DNA of 64,000 nucleotides from a virus. The DNA is taken from IMG/VR virus record IMGVR_UViG_3300046167_000733, positions 32,001 to 96,000 of that record; one strand, 5' to 3'. Shown piece after piece: positions 19,091 through 29,036 of the stretch (position 1 is its first letter; each line of letters opens with the position of its first letter). The position numbers were made by a program, and so were the translations under genes. Below the pieces are notes generated by a model. The model was not told the DNA's origin, searched no databases, and saw nothing but the letters and a program-made list of their open reading frames with translations.

Positions 19091-19098
19091 TATTTATA
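19091..19098 (-). promoter_or_regulatory. late promoter directly before gp2 (near-leaderless)
   Basis: TATAAATA 5 nt before ATG 19085. Confidence 0.7.
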
Positions 19099-19584
19099 CT
19101 ATTTTTTACGACGTTTGTAAGGTTTTATTGGTTTTAATGGTTTGGTTGACTTAGGTATAATAGACTTAAGAGGTTCGTTCTTCTCAGTCCATATCACAAA
19201 CTCCCAACCCCTGTCCTTGGCATATTCTTCTGCCGCTTCCCATTTGTTCACGTTCTTAATATAAGTTAAACTCTCGGTAAGATATCTCTTTGTCCTTCTT
19301 GCCCCCTTGGGAGGTCTTGTCTGTCCATCGGGTTTTATCTCCACAAGGAATGTCTTACCCTGTTTAGTTGAAAGTTTCAAGTCCATAAAGTATCGGTGAT
19401 ACTTCCTATCTACTTCATATAGATAAGGTATAACAACTTCTTCAGATGACCATTTAATTATATTGGGGTTGTCGTCACACCACTTGAAGGCATGTCGTTC
19501 CCATAGAGAACGATAGATGACCTTGGTTGGGTCACCCTCATACTTAGATGGATTTTTTACTGAATATCTTCCAGAATATGCCAT
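19099..19584 (-). CDS. gp4: head completion nuclease (TnsA-like)
   Basis: MAYSGRY..KNPSKY.GD, YRSLWE, WSSEE..IPY, HRYFMD, VEIKP. Confidence 0.95.
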   Translation of the reverse strand: MAYSGRYSVKNPSKYEGDPTKVIYRSLWERHAFKWCDDNPNIIKWSSEEVVIPYLYEVDRKYHRYFMDLKLSTKQGKTFLVEIKPDGQTRPPKGARRTKRYLTESLTYIKNVNKWEAAEEYAKDRGWEFVIWTEKNEPLKSIIPKSTKPLKPIKPYKRRKK

Positions 19585-19592
19585 AAAAACCT

Positions 19593-19600
19593 TATAAATA
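19593..19600 (+). promoter_or_regulatory. late promoter for the baseplate operon
   Basis: TATAAATA in the divergent gp4/gp48 gap. Confidence 0.8.
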
Positions 19601-19637
19601 GACTTGACGAATATAAACTATTTAGTAGGAAAATAAA

Positions 19638-20852
19638 ATGGCGTTTATGACTCCACCAGACATTAACAAACCTAATGAAACTTTAGCAAACTCTCAGAAT
19701 GTTTATGGGGGAGAAGGTAGTGAAGTTATAGTAACTGCACAAATAAATAGAGATATGCAAGACAAAGACCTAAGATATCCTCTTGATGTTGGAGAAACTG
19801 CAGGTTTAGACAGTTATATTGAATTTAGATTAGTTAACGAAGAAACTCTTGATATAGGTAATGTGGTTAAAAGTATTGTAGATACTGCAGTTGCTCTCAA
19901 GAATAAAACAGTTAAACTTGGTAAAGATGTCGGTGGTGCCTTTGTAGCGGGTGCAACTGAAGAAGAGATAAAGATAGGACAAGCGGCAATACGTACTACC
20001 GCTGTAGAGGTTGGAGGTTCCTTTTTAAATACTGGCAATGAGTTGCTAAACACAGTAAGTGCAGGTTTTCAGACAGGAGCAAACACTGCAATGTTTGTAG
20101 ACGATGGTGAGGTAGTATATGTGGAACCCGAAACAAAAGGAAGAACAGTAAAACTTTATATGCCTCCTAGTTTTTCTTATTCTGACGGTGTAAACTATGA
20201 TAATGTTGAATTGGGTGTTGGTGGTGCTATGAGTTTAAATGCTTTAACTAAAGATAGAAAAACAAGCGTACTAAAAGATGCACTATCATTAGGTGCAAGT
20301 ACTATAGGTGCAATGGCATCAGGTAATTCTGAAATGACCTCTCTTGCTTACCAAAGAGTAGCAGGAAAACTTTCTAGTGTTCTAGGTGTTGAACAACTTG
20401 CAAGTGGTACGGGAATGGCAGTAACAAAAGCGGCAACAAGAATTGTTACTAGTCCTAATGTAAGAGTTCTTTTCAACAGTACAAATATGAGAAACTTCTC
20501 TATGACATTTAATCTTATAGCATCATCAAAAAAAGAAGCAGAAGAAATAAAAGAGATTGTAAAACATTTTAGAAAAAATCTTTATCCTATCGCAAAGGTA
20601 GCAAACTTTGGTGGTAAACCTGTAGAGTTGGGATTAAAATATCCAGATAGGTTTCTTATTAATATGATGTTTCAAGGTAAAGAAGTTTTCACTAAAATAA
20701 AACCTTGTTACTTGACAGGTGTTCAAACCGTTTACAATGCTGAACAAACAGGAATGCATGCTGACGGGAATCCTTACAAGGTTGATGTAACACTTAACTT
20801 TGCAGAATCACTTGCTATAAACAGGCAAGATGTAGAATATGGAGGATACTAA
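19638..20852 (+). CDS. gp48: baseplate tail-tube cap
   Basis: LRYP, LYMP, PN...LF.....R.F...F.L...S..EA.EI..IV..F, YPD.F, VTLNFAE. Confidence 0.85.
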   Translation: MAFMTPPDINKPNETLANSQNVYGGEGSEVIVTAQINRDMQDKDLRYPLDVGETAGLDSYIEFRLVNEETLDIGNVVKSIVDTAVALKNKTVKLGKDVGGAFVAGATEEEIKIGQAAIRTTAVEVGGSFLNTGNELLNTVSAGFQTGANTAMFVDDGEVVYVEPETKGRTVKLYMPPSFSYSDGVNYDNVELGVGGAMSLNALTKDRKTSVLKDALSLGASTIGAMASGNSEMTSLAYQRVAGKLSSVLGVEQLASGTGMAVTKAATRIVTSPNVRVLFNSTNMRNFSMTFNLIASSKKEAEEIKEIVKHFRKNLYPIAKVANFGGKPVELGLKYPDRFLINMMFQGKEVFTKIKPCYLTGVQTVYNAEQTGMHADGNPYKVDVTLNFAESLAINRQDVEYGGY

Positions 20853-21610
20853 TGCCTACTTCATATTTCAAAAACTTTGCTACTATAGGTTACAGATTTG
20901 GTGACAATGAACTTCCTGTTGCCTTCAAACAACTTTCTCAATATGTTTCTGTATTAGAAGAAACATTTAATAATGCTACTTTGTTTAATAAGTATACAGT
21001 AATCGCAGGAGAAAGACCTGACACATTATCGTTTAAACTCTATGGAACAACAGACCACTATTGGACATTCTTTCTTATGAACGAACATCTCCGTGAGTCG
21101 GGTTGGGCAATACCGTCTTATGATTTACTTGATGAAGCAAAGTCTCGTTATCCTTATAGAACTGTAACAACAAACACAGATGTCTCTGCAAACTTTCCAG
21201 TAGGTCAAGTCGTGACAGGAGCATCAAGTGGCACAACAGGAACTATCATTCGTAAGATACCTGATTTAGGACAACTTGTGATTGATACAGGCGCAGAACC
21301 TAATACCGACAAATTTAGTTCTACTGAAAACATAACCTATCAAGATACTGATGGTAATATACAATCTGCAGTTCTCATTGCAGAGTCCGAACAATATAAT
21401 TCTGTTCATCACTATGAAGATGCTGATGGAGTTTATCAAGACTTAACATTATTTGATTTTGGAACAGTAGGTGCATCTTTAACGCCTGTTACATATAGAG
21501 ATAGAATTGAATCACGAAACGATGAGTTGAAAGAGATTGTTGTTATCAAACCAAGTGCTATTGATGGAGTATCCCTTCAATTCAAAGAACTTATGAAACA
21601 AAGATTATAA
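20852..21610 (+). CDS. gp53: baseplate wedge protein
   Basis: YFKNF..I.Y, GERPDTLSFKLYG..DHYW, HHYED, NDELKEI. Confidence 0.9.
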   Translation: MPTSYFKNFATIGYRFGDNELPVAFKQLSQYVSVLEETFNNATLFNKYTVIAGERPDTLSFKLYGTTDHYWTFFLMNEHLRESGWAIPSYDLLDEAKSRYPYRTVTTNTDVSANFPVGQVVTGASSGTTGTIIRKIPDLGQLVIDTGAEPNTDKFSSTENITYQDTDGNIQSAVLIAESEQYNSVHHYEDADGVYQDLTLFDFGTVGASLTPVTYRDRIESRNDELKEIVVIKPSAIDGVSLQFKELMKQRL

Positions 21611-21616
21611 TATATA

Positions 21617-23052
21617 ATGCAAAATAATAATCAAAAGGCACAATATACAATAACATCTGCTGTCATTCACGCGGATAGGTTTACTATTACGGGTAGTAAA
21701 AGTGAAACGAGACTTATAGACTTTGAGGTTTTTAGTAATTTAGTAGAACTTGTTATCTATGAATCTCTTGACAAATTATATCTTACAGGGCAAGTTTCTA
21801 TTTTAGACAAACAAGGAATTTTTTCAACTATACAATTTCAAGGAACCGAAAAAATAACCTTTGCGATTAGTACTGCAGATGTAAATGATACTCCAATTAT
21901 ATTCAATAAAACTTTTATAATGAGTGAGATTATAAGTCAAACTAAACATAAATCGGGAAAGTCAAGTCTTTTTGTATTCAACCTTATAGACGAGCATGGT
22001 TTTCTTGGTCGTGTTTCTAAGATAAGTAAATCCTATAACGGAAGTCTTGAAACAATTATAAAAAGAATTTTACAAAACGAGTTAGGAAGGACAGTTGATA
22101 TTGCCTATACAGGTGCTAAGAGTGGTGATGAAGAGTTTAGTATTCAAGGAGATATCACATGTATCATTCCAAATATGACTCCAATCACTGCTATAAATTG
22201 GTTGTGTAATAGAATAACAACAGATAATGGCACTCCTTACTTTGCGTATTCAACACTTAATTTACCCAATCAAAAGGGCGAGAGTGACGAATCACAATTA
22301 GATGATGAAGATAAAGAAAAAGGGTAATCTTATCAGAATTGGTAACTTAGATACTATGTTGACTCAAGAGGCATTCAATAATATACCGTTTGTATACAAC
22401 CCCAACTCAAGAAGTGGTTTACAGGTCAAGTGTTATTGAACAACTCTTTAAAATTAAAAACATAAGTTTTGATAGAACATCGAACACATTGAAATTATTA
22501 GAACTTGGGGCAGTTTCATCAGAATACTCAAACACAAATTTAGGAACAGGTGAAGTATTCACAACAAAACATGTGTTGAGTGACCAACTTAGAAATCTAT
22601 CAAGTAATTCTATCATAGGCAAGAATGAAGAAACCACACAGAATGTTTTTGATGAAGAATTATTATTGAAAGGTTCTAGGGTTGAGACATACTCTGCAAA
22701 AAATTATCATACCATTACCTCTACAGGAACATATGGTAATTTGAAAAGTTATCATGACGAGACAGACGAGAATAAATTTAAAGTAAAAATCTCTTCAACC
22801 GCAATTAAAAATGTTCTTCATAAAAATAGTATAACTATTGTTGTAGAAGGGGCATCACTTGCTATTGGTAGAGTTACTGTTGGAGACATTATAAATATTG
22901 TTGTTGTAAGTGATAATGTGGATGACGAAGGTAGGGGTGTACCTGATATGAAAAATTCAGGAAAACATTTAATATACGACCTCAAGCATACCTTTTCAGG
23001 TGAGATACATAATGCTACATTAACCCTTTGTAAATTGGAGTCTATTCAGTAA
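21617..23052 (+). CDS. baseplate hub protein (gp27-like); two apparent +1 errors near 22322 and 22424
   Basis: Lies between gp53 and gp5; IYESL....LTG, IIPN..P..AI.WL, C-terminal VGDII..SGKHLI....H. Confidence 0.65.
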
Positions 23053-23864
23053 TGTTAGAATATTATGGTGATAGCACTCGTTGGTTCATAGCAACAGTTG
23101 TAAACTCAACTCCCCCTGCAGGGTATGAAGGGCGAGTAAAGATACGCATACACGGATTGCATAGTTCATCTACACAAGATATTCCAGAAGACCATCTACC
23201 TTGGGCACAATGTGTTCTCCCCACAACAGAAGGTGGAGTATCGGGTATCGGTAAGATACCTCGTGTGTTACCTAGTGCATTAGTGTTCGGAATGTTTATG
23301 GACGGAAAAAGTTCACAGACACCTATTGTTTTGGGTTCACTTCCTAAAATAGAAAGTCCTTCTGAAATACAAAAACTTACAAAACAAAGTAGTGTTGAAC
23401 AAGGTGCGGTTCTTGCAAGTACATTAGATATAAAGAATGCAGTACTTGATGTTCCTGATGCAACAATCAAAAACAACAGGATTGAGTTTTGTTTACAGTT
23501 TTTTCTTAACTTAGGATACAGTTATATTCAAGCAAAAGGTATTACCGAAAATCTTTCACAAAAAGGAATGGTTTCAGGATTTAGGGGAGAAGATGAAAGT
23601 GGTCGGTTTGGTGTTGCAGAATGGTCAGGAGAAAGATTTAAAAATCTAAAAGCATTCTCTGAATATTTTAAACGATTTACAACACAACTTGAATTTATTG
23701 CATTTGAACTAAACGGAACACAAAGGTCTGCCAACATTCGTTTATTACAGACAGATAGGTATAGTGGAGAAAAGGGTTCCTTAAATATATTTGCTAAATA
23801 CTACTTGAAATTAGATTTGCTTCAATTAGAACAACTTGAAAGCAAAGGAGATTATAGTGAGTAA
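23052..23864 (+). CDS. gp5: gp5 N-terminal OB-fold part fused to a phage tail-lysozyme-like domain
   Basis: WFIATV, GRVKIRIHGLH, LPWA, VFGMFMDG..Q.P.VLGS; then LGYS..QAKGI..NL...FGVAEWSGERF...TQLEFI..EL. Confidence 0.85.
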   Translation: MLEYYGDSTRWFIATVVNSTPPAGYEGRVKIRIHGLHSSSTQDIPEDHLPWAQCVLPTTEGGVSGIGKIPRVLPSALVFGMFMDGKSSQTPIVLGSLPKIESPSEIQKLTKQSSVEQGAVLASTLDIKNAVLDVPDATIKNNRIEFCLQFFLNLGYSYIQAKGITENLSQKGMVSGFRGEDESGRFGVAEWSGERFKNLKAFSEYFKRFTTQLEFIAFELNGTQRSANIRLLQTDRYSGEKGSLNIFAKYYLKLDLLQLEQLESKGDYSE

Positions 23865-26274
23865 AATAATCAATAGTTTAAATACTGAACTAAAAAGAAA
23901 GTCTGATAAACTTGCTCAAAGAACTTTGATGCCTAAAGTTAAAAAGATTAAAAATCTTGATGGCGCAATTAGATATGCGTCAGGATTAGATGAGATTCAA
24001 GTTAATACTAATTTCAATGTTCCTACTTTTGGTGGTGCAAACAGATTAATAGGAACTCAACTTGATAGATTAAATATTCAAACACAATCTATAATAGGAA
24101 ATAACACAGACGGAGAAGTTTTTGGTGGATTTGCTAAGTCAATTGGTAATACAGGTGGTGAAGTAGGTCTTGTTAAGTTTGTGAGTACTGCAGGGTTAGA
24201 TAATGTTGTTACTCCAAACTTTAAAGTATATGCTTCTGGCGCACCACAAGCAATTAGTATAGCAAGTAAAGACATAGAGAAAAAGATAAATGCTCAAAAA
24301 GTAGAAATAAATACTTTTCTTGATAGTCTACCTCAAGTGCTTGGAAGACCTTCAGGTGGTTTCCTTGGTTCCATTCTCAAAGTTGCAGGTATAGCAGGAG
24401 GTTTAAATGGTTTGTTACAACAGATATCTCCTCTTGCAAATATATCAAATCAATTAAATAATATCAAAGACCAAGTTTTAGACCAAACAGGAATAAGCGG
24501 TTTTCTTGACCAAGTTAATGGTCTGGCAGATAATGTAACAAACTATGTTAATACTTCTCTAGATGCAGTTTCAACTTCTCTTGGAGAAGCAATCGGTAAT
24601 CCTTTATCAGAATTAGATAATGCTTTAAGTATTAATATTGGAGAAGAAACTTTTAGCACTAACCTTGGTGGATTCGCGAACGATTTATTAGAAAGTGTTA
24701 CTGGAGACCTTCGTTCTCGTACAAACAATTTTATTTCAGGAGCAATACCTGATGTTGAAATAGGAGGATTAGTTAGTGGTATTGTAAGTGATGATATTAC
24801 GGAAAGAGTATCTTCCATTGGTAGGATAACTCAATATGACAATGTAGTAAGAGAAAACCTTACTTTATTTGAACCTTGGAGTGCTGTTGAAAATGCTTCA
24901 TCTCCAAGGGATGCAATTTTTCAGATAGAAACGAACGGTAAGAAGAACGGAGCAAGTGCGGCAAATATTTCTTATGTGCAAGGTTTATATGCATCAATAA
25001 TATCAAAGACCGAAAATAACACTTTCAACGCAGGACTATCTTCTGTTATTGCTATAGGTTCAAGTCCTTTACTTTCTGTCAATCCATTACCCCTTTCAAA
25101 GAAGTTTACATATGTTTCGTCCATAGAAGAACTTGAACTAGAGATATCAAGTAGACTTGTAGTAAGTGCCGCAAGAGATGTAAGTAGTGTTGTTATTCAT
25201 GCAACCGAAACATTCACAAATAAGAATATAGGTGCAGAAGAAATAGATGCAATACAGAAAAAACTAGGTGAAGATGAAGTAGGTTATCACTATGTGATTA
25301 GAAGAGACGGCAGACTTCAACGCGGAAGACCTGTTGAGAAAGAAGGAAGTCATTGTCCCACAGGCAACTATGATAAAACTTCTATAGGTATTGTAATGGT
25401 AGGGGGTATTAATCGTGCCTCTACAGAACAGTCCTTTGAAACCTCTAGTGCTTCATTTACACGCGCACAATATAACACATTAGAACAATTCCTTCAAGTG
25501 TTTTATAATAACTTTTCTGGTGGAGAAGTATTTGGTCATAGTGATATTGAAACAGATGAACTAGACCCTTACTTTGATGTGAGTGAATATATACTATCGT
25601 TATTTGGTAAAATAAATTCTTCATCATTAGGTGTTCCTGAAATTGAAGGTGATTTTGAACCTACTGCTCCTGAAGGTATAACTGAAGAAACAGGAACAAA
25701 TGCTCCAACAACTCGTGTTCAAGTTACTCCCGAAGAATTAAATGTTGCTCCAGACGAAGTTCCAAAGGATGTTGAAGTTGTGGTTGATAATGAATCTACG
25801 TTTAAAGTTATATATGAACCACAAAAGAAAAACTTCAATTTACCTGTTGACCCTGATGCTTTATTAGATGATATACCAGAAAAGTTACAGAAACTTGCGA
25901 ATTATATGAAAAGAGATATAAGAGTTACAAGTGGATATCGTGACGAAGAACATAATAGAAGGGCAGGTGGCGCAAAGTTCTCTCCACATTTATCACGAAA
26001 GGCAGTAGATATAAGTAGAAGTGATAGGGCACCAACAGTAGGAGGATGGAGATACACATCGTCCTTGATGAGTGATGCCCAAGTTGCTGATTTAGTGCAA
26101 AAAGCATCCGAGTTGGGATTTAAAGGTATTGGAATATATGATGGTTATTTGCATCTTGATACTAGGTCAGGAAAAAAATGTTGGGCAACATCCAAAATAT
26201 TGAGAGTTTCTTCTATTCCAAGATTTGCACAGATAGCAACAGTTCTAAGAAATAATGATTGGGATAATGTATGA
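23857..26274 (+). CDS. large baseplate-associated dual peptidoglycan hydrolase (amidase_2 + peptidase M15)
   Basis: VIHATET, GYHYVIRRDG, SIGIVMVGG, GHSD...DPYFDV; then VTSGYR..HN...GGA..SPH..KAVDI, GIGIY...LHLDTR; GTG start after AAAGGAG. Confidence 0.85.
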   Translation: MSKIINSLNTELKRKSDKLAQRTLMPKVKKIKNLDGAIRYASGLDEIQVNTNFNVPTFGGANRLIGTQLDRLNIQTQSIIGNNTDGEVFGGFAKSIGNTGGEVGLVKFVSTAGLDNVVTPNFKVYASGAPQAISIASKDIEKKINAQKVEINTFLDSLPQVLGRPSGGFLGSILKVAGIAGGLNGLLQQISPLANISNQLNNIKDQVLDQTGISGFLDQVNGLADNVTNYVNTSLDAVSTSLGEAIGNPLSELDNALSINIGEETFSTNLGGFANDLLESVTGDLRSRTNNFISGAIPDVEIGGLVSGIVSDDITERVSSIGRITQYDNVVRENLTLFEPWSAVENASSPRDAIFQIETNGKKNGASAANISYVQGLYASIISKTENNTFNAGLSSVIAIGSSPLLSVNPLPLSKKFTYVSSIEELELEISSRLVVSAARDVSSVVIHATETFTNKNIGAEEIDAIQKKLGEDEVGYHYVIRRDGRLQRGRPVEKEGSHCPTGNYDKTSIGIVMVGGINRASTEQSFETSSASFTRAQYNTLEQFLQVFYNNFSGGEVFGHSDIETDELDPYFDVSEYILSLFGKINSSSLGVPEIEGDFEPTAPEGITEETGTNAPTTRVQVTPEELNVAPDEVPKDVEVVVDNESTFKVIYEPQKKNFNLPVDPDALLDDIPEKLQKLANYMKRDIRVTSGYRDEEHNRRAGGAKFSPHLSRKAVDISRSDRAPTVGGWRYTSSLMSDAQVADLVQKASELGFKGIGIYDGYLHLDTRSGKKCWATSKILRVSSIPRFAQIATVLRNNDWDNV

Positions 26275-27959
26275 CAACTAAAAATGACAATTATAAAGCA
26301 AGAACAGAGAAAGAAGGTTTAGGTCTTGGTTCTGAACTATCTGTCGGTGTCCCTGATAATGGAATGCAGAATGCTTCGGGCGATTATCCTAAGAGAGAAT
26401 ATAATTTTGGTTCTTCGGTTAACAAAGCAACAGTTGGAACCAAGGTAAACAAACTCTATACAGGTGGTGGTGAGATTGGTGTTCCATTGAACATACCAGA
26501 ACAGATGCCTTCTCAGTATCCATTCAATCAAGTAGATGAAACTCCAAGTGGACATGTCATTGAGATGGACGATACTCCAGGAGGAGAAAGAGTTCTTATT
26601 AAACATCGTAAAGGTTCGGGCGTAGAGTTACGCGCAGACGGTACGGTTGTAATATCTGCATTGAATAATAAGGTTGAGGTGACAGGGGGAGACCAAACTG
26701 TTATTATTGAAGGTCATGGTAATCTTGTGTATAACGGAAACCTTAATCTCAAAGTAAGTGGTGACTATAATGTTGAGGTTGGCGGTAACTATAATGTAGA
26801 TGTTGCAGGTTATTCTCAAAAGACAATCGGAAGTTTCTATTCCAAAGCGGTTATAGGAGATGTCGCGCAAAAATATATGGGAACTAAAACAGAAAAGATT
26901 CTAGGTAATAGTCTCACTCTTAGATTAGGTGACGATGACTATGTTGTTAAAGGAACAAGGAATGATGTTACTGATGGTAATCATGAAATTTCATCTGGTG
27001 AAAACTTACTCATTTCTGGAGAAAAAACTGCAGAGATGATAAGTAGAAAAACTTCTATTACAGGGTCAGATAGAATAAATGTTCAAGGGTCAGAAGGTAT
27101 AATTGGTGGTGCGTTCGTTAGGTTTACAGGACAAACTTACTCAGGTGCACTCAAGAAAAGAGTTTACGGTGGTGGAGATAATTATGTTACAGGAGGAACA
27201 CCAAGTGTTGATTCAGATGGTAGTGGAAACATATCAATCTCTGGCATTGACAGTGGTTCTTCAGGTGTTTTATCTTCAAGTGATTCTGATGGTGCAGGTA
27301 ATCTTGCAACAACATATTCTTCAGGAGATGACTTTGCTTCAAGTTCGGATTATGAAACTGCTATATTTCACGGAAGTCTTCACGGTGTTGCAAAGAAAGC
27401 ACAAATGGCAGACAATGCAAATAAATCTATTATGGCAACAGTATCAATGAATGCGGTTTCTTTAAATCCATTATTTGCAATTGGTGGTTTGAAAGCATTA
27501 CCAAAAAGTTCTTTATTATCCAACTTCAACTTAGAAGCAGAAGATGTTCTTCATACAACTGTTGAACCCGACAATATTGCTAAAGTTGCACTAGGTAAAA
27601 TACCTCAAAATAATGAAACAAGCGCACATCTAAAAATTCAACCCATACAAGCAGTAAGTATTGACCCTGATGACTATGTACGAGACCTTAGTTATGGTAA
27701 AGAACATTACAATCAGACATTCTTAAAAACACCTAGAACTGCAGAAATAAGAAGTGCGTTCAGAAATAAAGAGACAAGAGAGGATGGTATTTTAGGTGCT
27801 ACTCTTGTTGCGGAAGGACTGTTAAATCGGAACTATAATTCTAAGGTTCCAAGTGCGAAATTAAGTGGAAGGGTTGTTGGTAAAGAAGCAAGTTCAAAAT
27901 ATGGTTATACACCGATAGGTAATTCTATAGAGAATAGAGGAAAAAGGTTTAGAAAATGA
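26271..27959 (+). CDS. gp5: gp5 C-terminal beta-helix (spike) part with long extension
   Basis: YPFNQVDETPSGHVIEMDDTPGGERVLIKHRKGS, VxGxY/N repeats. Confidence 0.85.
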   Translation: MTTKNDNYKARTEKEGLGLGSELSVGVPDNGMQNASGDYPKREYNFGSSVNKATVGTKVNKLYTGGGEIGVPLNIPEQMPSQYPFNQVDETPSGHVIEMDDTPGGERVLIKHRKGSGVELRADGTVVISALNNKVEVTGGDQTVIIEGHGNLVYNGNLNLKVSGDYNVEVGGNYNVDVAGYSQKTIGSFYSKAVIGDVAQKYMGTKTEKILGNSLTLRLGDDDYVVKGTRNDVTDGNHEISSGENLLISGEKTAEMISRKTSITGSDRINVQGSEGIIGGAFVRFTGQTYSGALKKRVYGGGDNYVTGGTPSVDSDGSGNISISGIDSGSSGVLSSSDSDGAGNLATTYSSGDDFASSSDYETAIFHGSLHGVAKKAQMADNANKSIMATVSMNAVSLNPLFAIGGLKALPKSSLLSNFNLEAEDVLHTTVEPDNIAKVALGKIPQNNETSAHLKIQPIQAVSIDPDDYVRDLSYGKEHYNQTFLKTPRTAEIRSAFRNKETREDGILGATLVAEGLLNRNYNSKVPSAKLSGRVVGKEASSKYGYTPIGNSIENRGKRFRK

Positions 27960-28558
27960 ATGTACTCCCTGACCCAAAATATAATCCTGACTTACACGGT
28001 TTTGTAACTTCGAAAACAAGACTTGAACGTGGGATAACTATGGCAAAATTCTTAGGTGCATATGGAGACAAAACATCTTTGAATCATATAACAAATGAAT
28101 CTGTACGCAAACGGATTGCTCGTAACCTAACTTTACATGCAAGAGCAATAAATATGGTGAACGGTAATACCAATAGATTTAATGATGTAAGAATTATTGT
28201 AAGTGAAGGAATCTATAATAGACAAGCACTCTCAGATTTTGGTAGTTATGCGATGATAGAAAAAGCATTTGGAGAACTTGTATATTATCAAGTCATAGAT
28301 ACTGATGGTAAGATTGACTTTGAGAAAACATTTGATGTTGCAGAGTATTGGAAAGACCATATAAAATTTAGGGAACTTGTATTAGATTATGATGAGTATA
28401 ATACAGACGGAAGTTTAACAGCACAGATTGGATTGACAATGCCAATTGTTCCAACCTCATATGATATCATTGATTCTGAGTTTAAACAAAACATAAATAC
28501 AGTGTTTAATAATAATATTTTTACTAAAAACGAACTTACTGAAATAATTCCAAGATAA
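27956..28558 (+). CDS. hypothetical baseplate-region protein
   Basis: Coupled ORF between gp5C and gp25. Confidence 0.7.
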   Translation: MNVLPDPKYNPDLHGFVTSKTRLERGITMAKFLGAYGDKTSLNHITNESVRKRIARNLTLHARAINMVNGNTNRFNDVRIIVSEGIYNRQALSDFGSYAMIEKAFGELVYYQVIDTDGKIDFEKTFDVAEYWKDHIKFRELVLDYDEYNTDGSLTAQIGLTMPIVPTSYDIIDSEFKQNINTVFNNNIFTKNELTEIIPR

Positions 28559-28572
28559 ACCAATTAAAAACA

Positions 28573-28580
28573 TATAAATA
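28573..28580 (+). promoter_or_regulatory. late promoter
   Basis: TATAAATA 5 nt before the gp25 ATG. Confidence 0.75.
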
Positions 28581-28585
28581 GAACT

Positions 28586-29035
28586 ATGACAAGAAGAGCA
28601 TACTCACAAGAAGACGCAAACTTAGGAACTAACTCAGTTCCTATAGCACGAAAGCGTGAATATAAGGATATAGACCTGACACTCGCGGTCAAACCAACGA
28701 GTGGTGATATCTATAAGAAACTTGATGCGGCGGCAGTTAAGCAATCAGTAAAAAATCTTATCATGACGAACCAACTTGAAAAACCATTTAAACCTAGATT
28801 TGGTGCTAATATAAGAAATTTACTTTTTGAATTGATTGATAATAATTCAGATGCATTAGTTAAGAAAAGACTTTTTTCTGCAATAACAAGGTCTGAACCA
28901 AGAGTAAGAGTATTAGATATCCGAGTATCCTATACTGATAACTATAGCAATACTTTGGATACAACAATAACATTTAAAGTTTTGAACTCACCAGAGGTGT
29001 TTCAAATAACTACAAATCTCGCAAGGTTAAGATAA
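28586..29035 (+). CDS. gp25: baseplate wedge subunit
   Basis: YKDIDL, AVKQSVKNLIMT...EKPFKPRFG..I...LFE, EPRV. Confidence 0.93.
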   Translation: MTRRAYSQEDANLGTNSVPIARKREYKDIDLTLAVKPTSGDIYKKLDAAAVKQSVKNLIMTNQLEKPFKPRFGANIRNLLFELIDNNSDALVKKRLFSAITRSEPRVRVLDIRVSYTDNYSNTLDTTITFKVLNSPEVFQITTNLARLR

Positions 29036-29036
29036 A

